Origin: Octopus sinensis | Lineage: Eukaryota | Length of the DNA: 64,000 nucleotides | Assembly (NCBI RefSeq): GCF_006345805.1 | Contig: NC_043019.1 | Coordinates: 14,631,360-14,695,359, forward strand | Direction of reading: 5' to 3' | Part shown: piece after piece, positions 11,566 to 26,100 of the stretch | Layout of the letters: each line of letters begins with the position of its first letter | How positions within the stretch are numbered: the first letter of the stretch is position 1 | Notes under the pieces: model-generated | Databases searched by the model: none | Told to the model about the DNA's origin: nothing | What the model saw: the letters and a program-made list of their open reading frames with translations, nothing else | Translations under genes and position numbers: made by a program

Positions 11566-14090
11566 CCTTCTACTGGAAGTACAAGGCTTCAAATTTGGCG
11601 GGAGGGGACTAGGTGATTACATTGACCCCAGTACTCAACTGGTACCTAATTTATTGACCCCGAAAGGATGAAAAACAAAGTCAACCTTGGTGGAATTCGA
11701 ACTCAGGACGTAACAGCTGACACAATACTGCTAAGCATTTCAACCGGCGTGCTAGCGATTCTGCCAGCTCACCGCCTCTGTAGTAATAATAACAAAGTAA
11801 TAACAACAATAGTAGGAGCACTCCGTCGGTTATGATGATGAGGGCCCCAGCTGATACGATCAATGGAACAGCTTGCTCGTGGAATTAACGTGCAAGTGGC
11901 TGAGCACTCCACAGACACGTGTACCCTTAACATAGTTCTCAGGGAGATTCAGCGTGACACAGAGTGTGACAAGGCTGGCCCTTTGAAATACAGGTACAAC
12001 AGAAACAGGAAGAAAGAGTGAGAGAAAGTTGTGGTGAAAGAGTACAGCAGGGTTCACCACCAGCCCCTGCAGGAGCCTCATGAAGCTTTAGGTGTTTTCG
12101 CTCAATAAACACTCACAATGCCCGGTCTGGGAATCGAAACTGCGATCCTACGACCACGAGTCCGCTGCCCTAACCACTGGGCCATTGCGCCTCCACTAAT
12201 AACAACAATATTGACTAAACAAAGGATTAATTTCCATATGAATAAATGCTATTGATTCGATTCATCCATCCTCTTACACATTACTGTAACTCATTTAACC
12301 GTTTAGCGTTTAAACTGGCCATAGCCGGCCTAAATATTCTACATGTCTTATATTCAAATAAACAATCAGGCGCAGGAATGGCTGTATGGTAAGTAGCTTG
12401 CTAACCAACCACATGGTTCTGGGTTCAGTTCCACTGCATGGCATCTTGGGCAAGTGTCTTCAGCTATAGCCCCAGGCCGACCAATGCCTTGTGAGTGGAT
12501 TTGGTAGACGGAAACTGAAAGAAGCCTGTCGTATATATGTATATATATATATATGTGTGTGTGTTTGTGTGTCTGTGTTTGTCCCCCTAGCATTGCTTGA
12601 CAACCGATGCTGGTGTGTTTACGTCCCCGTCACCTAGCGGTTCGACAAAAGAGACTGATAGAATAAGTACTGGGCTTACAAAGAATAAGTCCCGGGATCG
12701 ATTTGCTCGACTAAAGGCTGTGCTCCAGCATGGCCGCAGTCAAAGGACTGAAACAAGTAAAACAGTAAAGAGTAATCATTGAAACCTCAAAGCTCTAAGA
12801 TAATGCAGGATTAATTAAAAACGATTTGAGTGAAAAATTATTACATTTAACAGAGTAATCTGAACACTAAAGGCGGCAAGATGGCAGAAACGTCAGCACG
12901 CCGGGCGAAATGCTTAGCGATATTTTGTCTGTCTTTACGTTCTGAGTTCAAATTCTGCCGAGGTCGACTTTGCCTTTCATCATTTCGGGGTCGATAAATT
13001 AAGTACCAGTTGCGTACTGGGGTCAATCTAATCGACTGGCCCCTTACCCAACATTTCGGGCCTTGTGTCTAGAGAAGAAAAGAATCTGAACACTAAAGGG
13101 TTAATCACCCCACAAAGGATGATAAACAAGGTCAATTCCAATTAGATTTGAACTTGAAATCCCAAGGAGAGAAAATTTATACCCATTACATTCGACAGTA
13201 AGTATAAAATGGCTTTGGGTCGTTAAGAAGAGAAGAAGGCCAGAAAGTCATTGTGGAGGTACCTTCATCAGCACTAGAGCCGGTGGAATCCCTTGACTGT
13301 GACAAACTAAGCTTGGAAGAACTGACATCTGAATGGGATTGTTGCCGGAAGCGACGGGATTCCAACACCTTTGGCTGCTTGATTTGAGGTTTAACTACAA
13401 CATTTCGCTGTAAAGTTTCCTGTTCTCTTTGGAGATCCTCGTTTGCTTGGTTTATGTAGCGGTCGTACGCCTGCAGTGGGAACAGAGATATAGCATTCAG
13501 GAAAGTGTGACATAGATTATGACAAAAGAACACTGTAGGGTACCACATTACAGTATAAATGTTACACCATACTATGTTGTACTAAGCTATAGTATAACAT
13601 CACATTGTACTGTACTAATTAAAACTCAACACTGTACTGTTGTATTAAAAGACATGGCAACATTGAAGCTAACGAGGGAACAAGCTGGCAAGGGGTTCAT
13701 AACAAGGGTCTGTGTGACATAGCTTGACCTGCTAGACATAGCAGTCAAAATCTCTGCAAAAATAAATCATACCCTACTTTAAAACAAAAAAAAAAACAAA
13801 AGAAGGCGGACGCATTGGAGCATATAATGCTTTGTACAGAGACACAAAGACTAAGTGGTCATGGTTGGAATGCGAAGGAAAGTCAAAGACACTGCGATGT
13901 ATGACACCTCTCCTACAGACGAATATGCTGTTAGTTTCTATGTTAAAACATTGTTTTTTTAAAAACATTAAAGGCTTACTACAACTATAACAACAACAAA
14001 AACTATAGTAGTAGTAGTAGTGGTGGTGGTGTAGTAGTAGTAGTAGTGGTGGTAGTAGTAGTAGTGGTGGTGGTGGTGGTGGTAGTAGTA

Positions 14091-14132
<42 letters not shown>

Positions 14133-14330
14133 GTGGTGGTGGTGGTGATGCTGATGGCGGTGGTGGTAGTAGTAGTAGTATTAATAGTAGTAGTAGTGAT
14201 GGTGGTAGTAGTAGTAGTAATGGTGGTGGTGGTAGTAGTAGTAGTAGTAGTGGTGGTGGTGGTGGTGGTGGTGGTGCTGATGGCGGTGGTGGTGGTAGTA
14301 GTAGTAATGGTGGTGGTAGTAGTAGTGGTG

Positions 14331-14362
<32 letters not shown>

Positions 14363-14693
14363 GGTGGTGGTGCTGATGGCGGTGGTGGTAGTAGTAGTAG
14401 TATTAATAGTAGTAGTAGTGATGGTGGTGGTAGTAGTAGTAATGGTGGTGGTGGTAGTAGTAGTAGTAGTGGCAGCAGTGGTAGTGGTGGTGGTGGCAGT
14501 AGCAGTAGTAATAGCAACGGCAGCAGCAGCAGCAGCAAAAACAACCTCTGCACTGACTACAGCAGCAGGTGCAACAACAACAACAACAACAACAGCATCA
14601 ACAATAATTGTTCACCATCATCACGAAAATAATTAATAGCAATTAACAATAATAATAACAATAACAACAATAATAACAACAACAACAACAATA

Positions 14694-14737
<44 letters not shown>

Positions 14738-14867
14738 AACATTAGTAGCAAAGACATGTTCTTTGTTAATAATAAATATCACACAATCACACACACAGAC
14801 ACATTATAACACCACATGCATTCATGTGATACATACACACTACCACGCACACATATGTTACATAAAG

Positions 14868-14907
<40 letters not shown>

Positions 14908-15332
14908 CATGAAGTACGTACGGCGTAGGTGAAAAACATGTTTATCTCTCGTCGTTGTAAGCTGATCGACTTTTCCCACTGTGCCACTTGACCTGCCCAG
15001 CTGTAGTGCCACGTGCCACGCTTAATAACACTCTGCTTCATCAGCGACAGTGCCACACCACACCACGCCACGCCACGCCGCTCCCTCGACTGGCTGCTCT
15101 ACCGCCTCGACAACAGCACCGATCGTGAAATGCAAGCCTCCGTAGATGGAGGCTAGCTTTGCAGTTTAAACAGAACCAGGAAGCTGGAAGCTGGCAGAAA
15201 CATCACCAACGGAATCCGTATTCTAGGCAGCAGCATCACATCACGTATTTACATACATACATGCATAATTATATATATGCCCATACATATACACACACAT
15301 ATATACATACATACTCATTTATATACATCACA

Positions 15333-15366
<34 letters not shown>

Positions 15367-16243
15367 CATGCATGCATAATTATATATATGCCCATACATA
15401 CATATACACACCAATGCTAGAATGGAAAGCGGACGTTAAATGATGATGATGATGATGATACTCATTTATATACATCACATCACATATTTACATACATACA
15501 TGCATGCATAATTATATATATGCCCATACATACATATACACACACATATATATATACATACTCATTTATATACATCACATCACATATTTACACACATACA
15601 TGCATGCATAATTATATATATGCCCATACATATACACACACATATATATATACATACTCATTTATATACATCACATCACATATTTACATACATACATGCA
15701 TGCATAATTATATATATGCCCATACATACATATACACACACATATATATATACATACTCATTTATATACATCACATCACATATTTACACACATACATGCA
15801 TGCATAATTATATATATGCCCATACATACATATACACACACATATATATATACATACTCATTTATATACATCACATCACATATTTACATACATACATGCA
15901 TGCATAATTATATATATGCCCATACATACATATACACACACATATATATATACATACTCATTTATATACATCACATCACATATTTACACACATACATGCA
16001 TGCATAATTATATATATGCCCATACATACATATACACACACATATACATACATACTCATTTATATACATACAAACACATAAATATATATGTATACACAAA
16101 TACATGCACACATTTACACACACACATATATATATAGGTATGTGTGTGTGTGCAAGTATGTATACATGTGTATGTGTGTGTGTGTATGCAAGCATATATG
16201 AATGTTGCTTATGAGTATGTTTGTGTGTATATATATATGTGTG

Positions 16244-16318
<75 letters not shown>

Positions 16319-16868
16319 AGCAACATTCATATATGCTTGCATACACATACACATGTATACATACTTGTACACACACACACATTCGTACATACACACCTAC
16401 ATATATACACATACACACACTAACATATACTCACATTACATACATACATACATACATATATATATGTGTGTGCGTCTATAAACAACGTACATATATATCC
16501 ACATACACGTTCATACACTTGCAGACACATGCACACACTAACACACTCACACACACACTCATTCATTCAAACACACACACACTCATTCATTCACACACAC
16601 ACACACACACACACTCATTCATTCACACACACACACACACACACACTCATTCATTCACACACACACACACACTCATTCATTCACACACACACACACACAC
16701 ACACTCATTCATTCACACACACACACACACACACTCATTCATTCGCACACACCACACACACACACAACTATACAAATATTCATACAAAAAAAACATCTGC
16801 CGGTTCAAAAACATTCAATTGTCTAATGAACTCCCGTTTTCATTTTAATTAACTCCCCACCCACCCAC

Positions 16869-16914
<46 letters not shown>

Positions 16915-17038
16915 TTCCCTTTCTTTCTTTCCGACACATTTCTCGAAACAGAAGTCTTAGAAGGACATAACATCACATTCAACTGCATTGAACAGAAATT
17001 ACTAAACAACCAACACATCCACTGTGTGTGTGCGAGAG

Positions 17039-17105
<67 letters not shown>

Positions 17106-17629
17106 GGAGAGATAAGGAGTGTTTGTGAGCGAGAGAGAAAGATAGTGTGTGTGTGTGTGTGTGAAGGAAAGATAGAGTGTGTGTGTGAGAGAAAAAGTGA
17201 GACAGTGTATGCATGTGTGAGAGTGTATGCATGTGTGTGTGTCTATGTGTGTGAAAGAGAGTGTGTGTATGTGTGTGTGCATATGTAAGCCTGCATGTGT
17301 GTGTGAGAGTGTGTGTGTGTGTGCGTGTGTATGTGTGAGTCAGAGAGAGAGATTGTGTATTGTGTATGTGTGTGTGTGTGAAGGAGAGATAAGGAGTGTT
17401 TGTGTGCGAGAGAGAAAGATAGTGTGTGTGTTTGTGTGTGAAGGAAAGATAGAGTGTGTGTGTGTGTGTGTGTGAGAGAGAAAAAGTGAGACAGTGTATG
17501 CATGTGTGAAAGTGTATGAGTGTGTGTGAAAGAGAGTGTGTGTATGTGTGTGTGCATATGTAAGCCTGCATGTGTGTGAGAGTGTGTGTGTGTGTGTGTA
17601 TGTGTGAGTCAGAGAGAGAGATAGTGTAT

Positions 17630-17675
<46 letters not shown>

Positions 17676-17843
17676 CGTATGTGTGTGAGTGTGTGCAAGG
17701 GAGAAGAAATCATTCACAGACACAATGTCCAATATTGAAAAATGGCAGAAAAATCAATAACTGCATTATAAATACAATCTTACAATCTTCAGTATTGCAG
17801 TTCCTACAGAGTTGTGACCAAAGTCACAAAAAAAAGGACATAT

Positions 17844-17882
<39 letters not shown>

Positions 17883-18453
17883 TATAGGAGTGGCTGTGTG
17901 TTAAGTAGCTTGTTTACCAACCACATGGTTCCGGGTTCAGTCCCACTGCGTGGCACCTTGAGCAAGTGTCTTCTAGTATAGCCTCGGGCCGACCAAAGCC
18001 TTGTGAGTGGATTTGGTAGACGGAAAACTGAAAGAAGCCCGTCGTATATATGTATATATATATATATATATATACATATATAAGTGTGTGGGTGCGTGTA
18101 TGTTTGTGTGTCTGTGTTTTGTCCCCCTAGCATTGCTTGACAACCGATGCTGGTGTGTTTATGTCCCCGTCACTTAGCGGTTCGGCAAAAAGAGACCGAT
18201 AGAATAAGTACTAGACTGAAAAGAGTAAAAGAGTATATATATATACATACAGACACACACAACATATACACAACATACATACTCACATACACACATGTAT
18301 GTACGTATATGTGTGTTTGTACAACAGATAAACAGGGAGAGAGAGGGAGAAGTGTATACGTACACACACACACACCATCTCCATCAGCATTTTACATCCA
18401 AGCATGGGTTAGAGGAGTTGTCTTGATCCAACTTGGTTCTTACATGCTCTCCC

Positions 18454-18487
<34 letters not shown>

Positions 18488-19772
18488 ACACACAACTGTC
18501 AACCGTTTTATTTTTTCTTTCACCCATTTCAGTCATTACAGTGTGGCCATGCTGGGGTACCGCCTTGAAGTATTTTAGATGAATTGCCCCCAGTAGTTTC
18601 TTTTAAGCCTAGTACCTGTTCTCTCGGCCTCTCATGCCAAACCACTAAATTATGGGGATGTAAACAAACCAACCCTTATCAAGTGATAATGAGGGGGACA
18701 AACACAGACAAACACACACGTGTATATCATCTTCATTTAGCATCCGCTTTCCATGCTAGCATGGGTTGGACGGTTCAACTGGGGTCTGTGAAGCCAGAAG
18801 GCTGCATCAGGCCCAGTCTGATCTGGCAGTGTTTCTACGGCTGGATGCCCTTCCTAACGCCAACCACTCCATGAGTGTAGTGGGTGCTTTTTACGTGCCA
18901 CCCGCACAGGTGCCAGACGAGTCTGGCAAACGGCCACGATCGGATGGTGCTTTTTATGTGCCACCGGCACAGGGGCCAGGCGAGGCTGGCAACGGCCACA
19001 TGTATACACACACAAACATCTAGATATATCTAAAAATGCACACACACACACACACACATATATTGAAAATACACCCATATAAATTGCATATTTGCTTTGG
19101 ACCACCATACACATTTTTGTTTTTCAATTTCCGTGCAAAAAATATACTTTTTTAATTATTTATTTTGAATCTGTAAATAAGGAAGAACAATTACACAAAT
19201 TATTTTGGATCAGTTTATGATTTATTATGAAACTAGCAGTATCGCCCGGCGTTGCTCTGGTTTGTAAGGGAAATAACTATAAAGCATTTTTAGAGAGTTA
19301 TAGCCAAAAAATGGAAAAAAATGATGGTAACTTTTTTTTTAGAGTAAAAAAAGGTGGAGTTGCGTCCCCTAGACAGTTTGCGGTTTGTGTTTCTGATTCT
19401 CGACCCCATGTCGAATTTATCGATTTTTTTCAGAACTGGGGGAACTTTTCAAAATTTTCGCTGCGTTAGTTTTGAATTATGACATTGGGCTATGTGTGTG
19501 TCAAGTTTCATCAGAATCGGTTGAAAGCCGTGGTCAGGGTGAGGGTACAAGCAAACAGACACACAGAAACACGCACAGACAAACTGCCGTTTATATAGAG
19601 AGAGATTACCAATAGAAATTCCAGTTGCTGATAGTTAATGATAGAAAACAGGAATAACATCATGAACAAAGTATTTCAGCTTACAAATAAGCAACAGTGA
19701 ATGTATATTTTCCTTCAAATATTTACTAGACATCTCTGAATGAAAATATACAGGATAATGTATTAAGAGTTG

Positions 19773-19806
<34 letters not shown>

Positions 19807-19938
19807 CATTCAGGTCACTGCCTGGAATTGAACTCAGAATCTTGGGGTTAACAGCCCATGCTCTTAACCACATATGGCATAGTGGTTAAGAGCGCGGGCT
19901 ACTAACCCCAAGATTCCGAGTTCGATTCCAGGCAGTGA

Positions 19939-19988
<50 letters not shown>

Positions 19989-21313
19989 TATTAAGAGGTC
20001 GAACAGGGTCTGATGAAAAAGCAAACTGCATCAAGCTCCAACATCTGTTTTGGCATGGTTCTATGGCTGAATGCCCTTCCTAATGCCAGCTACTTTACAG
20101 AGTGTCCTGGGTGCCTTTTTATGTGGTACCCACACCGACAGAGTCACTACATAACTTGCAAGACAGAGATCCCTCAACTGAAAGGGGGAGAGGTATTGAG
20201 GGAGGTGGATTTGTGCCAGGGGATAAGTTAAACTATGATAAAGAGAGTAAGGTCCCTCTTCGGTCATGAATGGTCATGGGATTACACCTGGAAAGTTACC
20301 CTTCAAGGCACAAATCCAGGCAAAATTGTTTATGGAAAAGCAGCAGTCACCCATGCATACCAGCCTCCACTCTATATGTCACCAATGTTATCAAAAGCAA
20401 AGGCTGATACAGCTTGGTACCAGTGAGATCATAACTTATTTCGATGACTTGGCTTTGTAAACTAATTGAAAGCACATGCATGTGTATCCCTGAATGTCAG
20501 CTATATTAGTGATATCATCCCACTGCCACTCCAGCTATAGAAACCACACCTCAATAGACAGCTGGAACCTGGGCAGCTCCCTGCTAGCCAGCTCCATGTC
20601 AAACCATCCAATCCATGCCAGCATGGAGAGTGGATGCTAAAAGACAACGATGATGATATATATATACATACATATCTTATATACCTGGACCTCACATCTC
20701 TCTCTTTCTCTCTCTCACTTTCCAAATGGGCAAGACACCTACTTCTCTACCTCCACCATAGCTTCTTATCCCTCCAGTCTATGAACCCACTCAGGTGAGG
20801 GGTCTTATTTTGTGGGTACTTGGCGACCACACCAGAGCTTGTATCGCATAAAAACACGCCCTGTTAACTGGCTGAAATTAGGAAGGCCATCCAGCTACAG
20901 AAACCATGCCAAAGCAAACATAAAACTTAGCAGAGTCCTCTCACTTGTCTGTTACTGTCAAACCATTCGAACCATACCAACATAGGAAAAGGTACATTAA
21001 AAGATGATGAAGTGATGATGAGGATGGTGTGCATGCGCGCGTGTATGTACGTAAATGTTTAGATAGTAAAAAAATGTATCCATTCGCCAACTGACCTCAA
21101 TCTGCTTGACCAGTGATTCTTCCTGCGCTTTCAGCTTCTCGCGATGTTTATTCCTGCGCTCCCTTCTAAGTCGATCCGCTTCGGCTTTTTTCTTCTTCAA
21201 ATCTTCGGACAATGCTCGGATCCTCACTTCGATGTCACTGACATCCGACAGAGTTTCTACAACACAACAAAGACAGAACATGACACCTCTCTCTCTCTCT
21301 TGCAATAATACAT

Positions 21314-21367
<54 letters not shown>

Positions 21368-21373
21368 GCATGC

Positions 21374-21405
<32 letters not shown>

Positions 21406-22678
21406 TATATACATACATATATAAGAAAATAGTAAAGAGTGAAAAAACGACAGAAGGCTTAAATGTTAAAAAATATATATATTTGTGTCAAAATGTCTGG
21501 AGAATATTGGAAAAATTTTTTTCCCTCCTTAAAATGACATAATTTTATAATTTTTAAAGAAATACCGGTTTCGCAGTTAGCTCTTCAAATTTCTTGTGAC
21601 TTAATGTTTATTTTTAATAACGTAATCCTTGTATTTTTGCTACGGAGAGTTCTAAATAAGGGAAAGTAGTGAGTGATTTCTTCCGGTGTAAGGGAGATAA
21701 TCGCTTAAAAAAATTTTTTTCCTTTAGTGTGAATTTCTCTGTATTATTGAGTTTGGATAGTTGAGTCTGGGTTTGTACTTTTCAATGAAGAATGTTTCCT
21801 TATTTAGTCTAATTTGTGATGATGATCCAAAAGCACATTGGTAAAATGGAAAGATTAAAAATTGTGGTTGTAGTTGCTTTACGCATTTCTCAATGTGTTC
21901 ACTAAAAGGTATCATTCTATATTCTGGGAATGCAATCTGTTGTCGATGCAGTGTGCATCTACGTCTGAGTGATAGTCCCGTGGACCCCACGTAGTCTTGG
22001 TGGCAGCCCGAGCATTTAATGACATAAATTATGTTTTCAGAGGCACAAGTAAAGTTAGATTTGATCTTGAATTTCTGTCCCTCTTTAAAGAAGAATTCTG
22101 ATCCTTCCAATAGGTTAGGACATGTTGCACAGTTCGATCTACCACATTTTTTTATACATATATACATATATATATACACATGCATGCATATATATATATA
22201 TATAATATATATATATATTATATATATATATATACATATATATACACATGCTAGCATGGAAAACGGACATTAAACGATGATGATATATATACATACATAT
22301 ATATATATATATATAATATATATATATATATACATACATACATACACACACACATATACATACTTATACATATATATACACATATAGATACTTATACATA
22401 TATACACATATACATCATCATCATCATCGTTTAACGTCCGCTTTCCATGCTAGCATGGGTTGGACGGTTCAACTGGGGTCTGGGAAGCCAGAAGGCTGCA
22501 CCAGGTCCAGTCTGATCTGGCAATGTTTCTACGGCTGGATGCCCTTCCTAACGCCAACCACTCCATGGGTGTAGTGGGTGCTTTTTACGGCCACCTGTAC
22601 AGGTGCCAGACAAGTCTGGCAAACAGCCACGATCGGATGGTGCTTTTTACGTGCCACCAGCACATATATATATACATC

Positions 22679-22722
<44 letters not shown>

Positions 22723-23067
22723 CGCACACACATATACATACTTATACACATATACATATATATACATACATATATATACTTATACACTCACACACATATA
22801 GGACATCTTTCTTAATAAATGGTTCTGTTGTCAAGCAGTCAAGACAAAGATACCTGTCAATGGTTGACCAACTTTATTTATTTCTAGATAAGGGACAGGC
22901 ATGGCTGTGTGGTCGAAAATCATGCTTCCTAACCCTGTGATCTTGGGTTCAGTCCCACTGCATGGTACCTTGGGCAAGTATCTTCTACTATAGCCTCAGG
23001 CCGACCAAAGCCTTGTGAGGGGATTTGGTAAACGGAAACTGAAAGAAGCTTGTCGTATATATGTATA

Positions 23068-23121
<54 letters not shown>

Positions 23122-26100
23122 ATTATATATATATATGTGTGTGTGTTTGTGTGTGTGTGTGTATATGTTTGTGTGTCTGCGTTTGTCTCCCCCACCATCG
23201 CTTGACAACAGATGCTGGTTTGTTTACGTCCCCATAACTTAGCGGTTCGGCGAAAGAGACCAATAGAATAAGTTGTAGGCTTACAAAGAATAAGTCCTGG
23301 TGGGTGTCAAATTTGCTCAACTAAAAGGCGGTGCTCCAGCATGGTCACAGTCAAATGACTGAAAACAAGTAAAAGAGCAAACGAGGCAAATCCAAGAAGT
23401 TCTTACCTGAATGAAAAGAATCTTCTGTATCACTTTCAGAGCCGCGACGCTTTTGACAAGATGACCTGAAAGATAAACTGTTGCTCCGACTGCCAACCAA
23501 TGGACTCAGCAACTGTCGAAGCGATGTCTTCAAGCTGTTATTGACCGAGGTTTCAAATGTGTGGCTGTAGTCTTCGGTAACGGGTGTGTTCTCTCCAGAT
23601 TCGCAGTTTGAAGACCTGTTTTAAAACGATAAACAATAAATCTAGCAAAGAGCCAAAACTGATTTGCAAAGCATTTGAATCAGGTGTAGAGGCAAGTATA
23701 GGCATGGCCGTGTGGTTAAGAAGCTTGCTTCCAAACCGTAAGATCTTCAGTTCAATCCCACTGTGAGGCACTTTAGGTAAAGTGTCTTGTACAATAGACC
23801 AAGACTGACCAATGCTTTGAGAGTGAATTAGGTTGACCGAAACTAAAAGAAGTCCACTGTATTTACACTTTTACTCTTTGACACATTTTAGTCACTTGAC
23901 TGCAGCCATGCTGGGGCACCGCCTTAAGGGGCTTTTAGTCAAAGAAATTATTAGGTTTATAAGCCCTAAAATTCACTCTATAATTGCCCACACGCATATA
24001 GCATAATGGTTAAGAGCATGGGTTACTAACCCCAAGACTGCGAGTTCAATTCCAGGCAGTGCCTTGAATAAATAATAATAATAACATCAGCAAAAAAATA
24101 CCTTAGGAATGAGAACCCAGGGTTGAGTTCAAAATTTTACTAGGACACCTGATGAAGGCTGAAGAGTAAATCAGCCAAAACATTGATGAGGACACATATA
24201 TAAATAATGAACAACTCTGGATCATCATCGTTTAACGTCCGTTTTCCGTGCTAGCACGGGTTGGACGGTTCGACTGGGGTCTGGGAAGCCAGGGGCTGCA
24301 CCAGGCTCCAGTCTGATCTGGCAGTGTTTCTACAGCTGGATGCCCTTCCTAACGCCAACCACTCCGCGAGTGTAGTGGGTGATTTTTACATGCCAGGGGA
24401 GTCTGGCATCGGCCACGATCGGTTGGTGCTTTTAACGTGCCACCGGCACGGAAACCAGTCAAGACGGCGCTGGCATCGGCCACATTCGGATGGCGCTCTT
24501 TATGTGCCACCGGCACGGAAGCTAGTCAAGATGGCGCTGGCATCGGCCACGTTCGGATGGTGCTCTTTATGTGCCACCGGCACGGAAGCCAGTCAAGACG
24601 GCGCTGGCATCGGCCACGTTCGGATGGTGCCTTTTATGTGCCACCAGCACAGAAGCCAGTCGAGGCGGCGCTGGCATCGGCCACGCTCGGATGGTGCTTT
24701 TTATGTGCCACCGGCACAGAAGCAGTCAAAACAATAAAAAAAAATTTTTAAAAAAACAAAACCTAAGGAATCCGAAGAATCAAAACTCATGACTGATCTT
24801 ACTTGATTTTGTCTTTGATGCTCGATGAGTGAGAAATGCCATTTTCGTTTAATCCATTCAATGCCTTTATTGCTTCCGGGATGGATTTGCTGTTGGCGGC
24901 ACTGTTGCTGCTGCCACTTAAAGTCTTCTGAGACTTGTTCTTACTACTGATGCTCTCACCAATTGAAGACGACAGATGTTTGCTGAGTTCTTCACTAATA
25001 GAGCTTGTTGCTTTGCTGCTGCTGCTACTACTACTACTAGGGCCACTGGCGGTGTGGTGGAGTGTCTTGCTGGTTGAGCTTGATTTACTACTTGCAGAAT
25101 TCTTCTCTTTCCAACTGGGTGTTATTGTGGAGGCGTAACTTTCGTCAGCTGGGGCGGAAGCATTTTCATGACCTGTCGAAAAGATAATTGAAACGTCGTT
25201 TAAAAATCACTGTCCTTGTTTTAACATCAAAATCGAAGTCGATCAACATCAATGGAAATTGCAGCTGTGATACCAGTGCCGGTGACACGTAAGCGAACCA
25301 TCCGATCATGGCCGTTGCCAGCGCCGCCCCGACTGGCCTCTGTGCCGGTGGCACGTAAAAAGCACCATCCGAATCGTGGCCGATGCCAACGCCACCTTGA
25401 CTGGCTTCCATGCTGGTGGCATGTAAAATGCACCAATCCAATCGTGGCTGTTGCCAGCCTCGCCTGGCACCTGTGCCGGTGGCACGTAAAAAGCACCCAC
25501 TACACTCACGGAGTGGTTGGCATTAGGAAGGGCATCCAGCCATAGAAACACTGCCAGATCAGACTGGGCCTGGTGCAGCCTTCTGGCTTCTCAGACCCCA
25601 GTTGAACCGTCCAACCCATGCTAGCATGGAAAGCAGACGTTAAATGATTTCCATGCTTGCATGGGTCAGACAGAGGTATATTGAAGCAGGTTTTCTATGG
25701 CCAGATGCCTTTCCTGTCAACAACCCTCACCTGTCCCACATTCATTTACAACAATCACACAATGCCAAGACAAGGAGAGATCAATACACACATGCCTGCC
25801 TGCCTGCCTGCCTATCTATCTATCTATCAATGCATATGTGTGTGTGTGTGTGTGTGTGTGTGAGGAGGTGCTGAAAAGTTGTTCCTGGCTTTAGGGGTAT
25901 TATGAAAGTCTTGGTTGGAGACCCAACCCTCTTCTGACTTCTTTTACAGAGCTTAGAAAAACTGAAGGACTGCTGCAATAGGTGTGTGAATCTGAGAGGG
26001 GAATATGTTGAATAAAATCATAATCAACTGATCCCCTTGTATTTTCTTTTACCCAAGCCAGGAACTTTCCAACACCCTCTCGTAGATACTGCCACAAGCA

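Noticed and set aside
13774-17890. Long poly-Val/Pro/Leu and HT/CV/YI ORFs (also near 33400, 36000, 41500 and 58000)
   Set aside because: Translations of microsatellites that lack stop codons in some frames.
21724-22257. Stand-alone GIY-YIG (homing) endonuclease gene
   Set aside because: The N-terminus of the ORF is (TA)n microsatellite; the Cys-rich GIY-YIG form is the C-terminus of a truncated Penelope-like ORF with no RT attached.
24000-24070. tRNA gene (Ser-like ACT anticodon loop); likewise the heads at 12120-12195, 19870-19940 and 37260-37330
   Set aside because: No proper acceptor stem, and each continues into a repeat body or tail; these are SINE heads.
24400-24722. Regularly spaced ~29-bp repeats (GGATGGTGCTTTTTATGTGCCACCGGCAC) resembling a CRISPR array; also at 1240-1520
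   Set aside because: The 'spacers' are homologous to each other, so these are 67-bp tandem units in a eukaryotic RTE 3'UTR; there are no cas genes.
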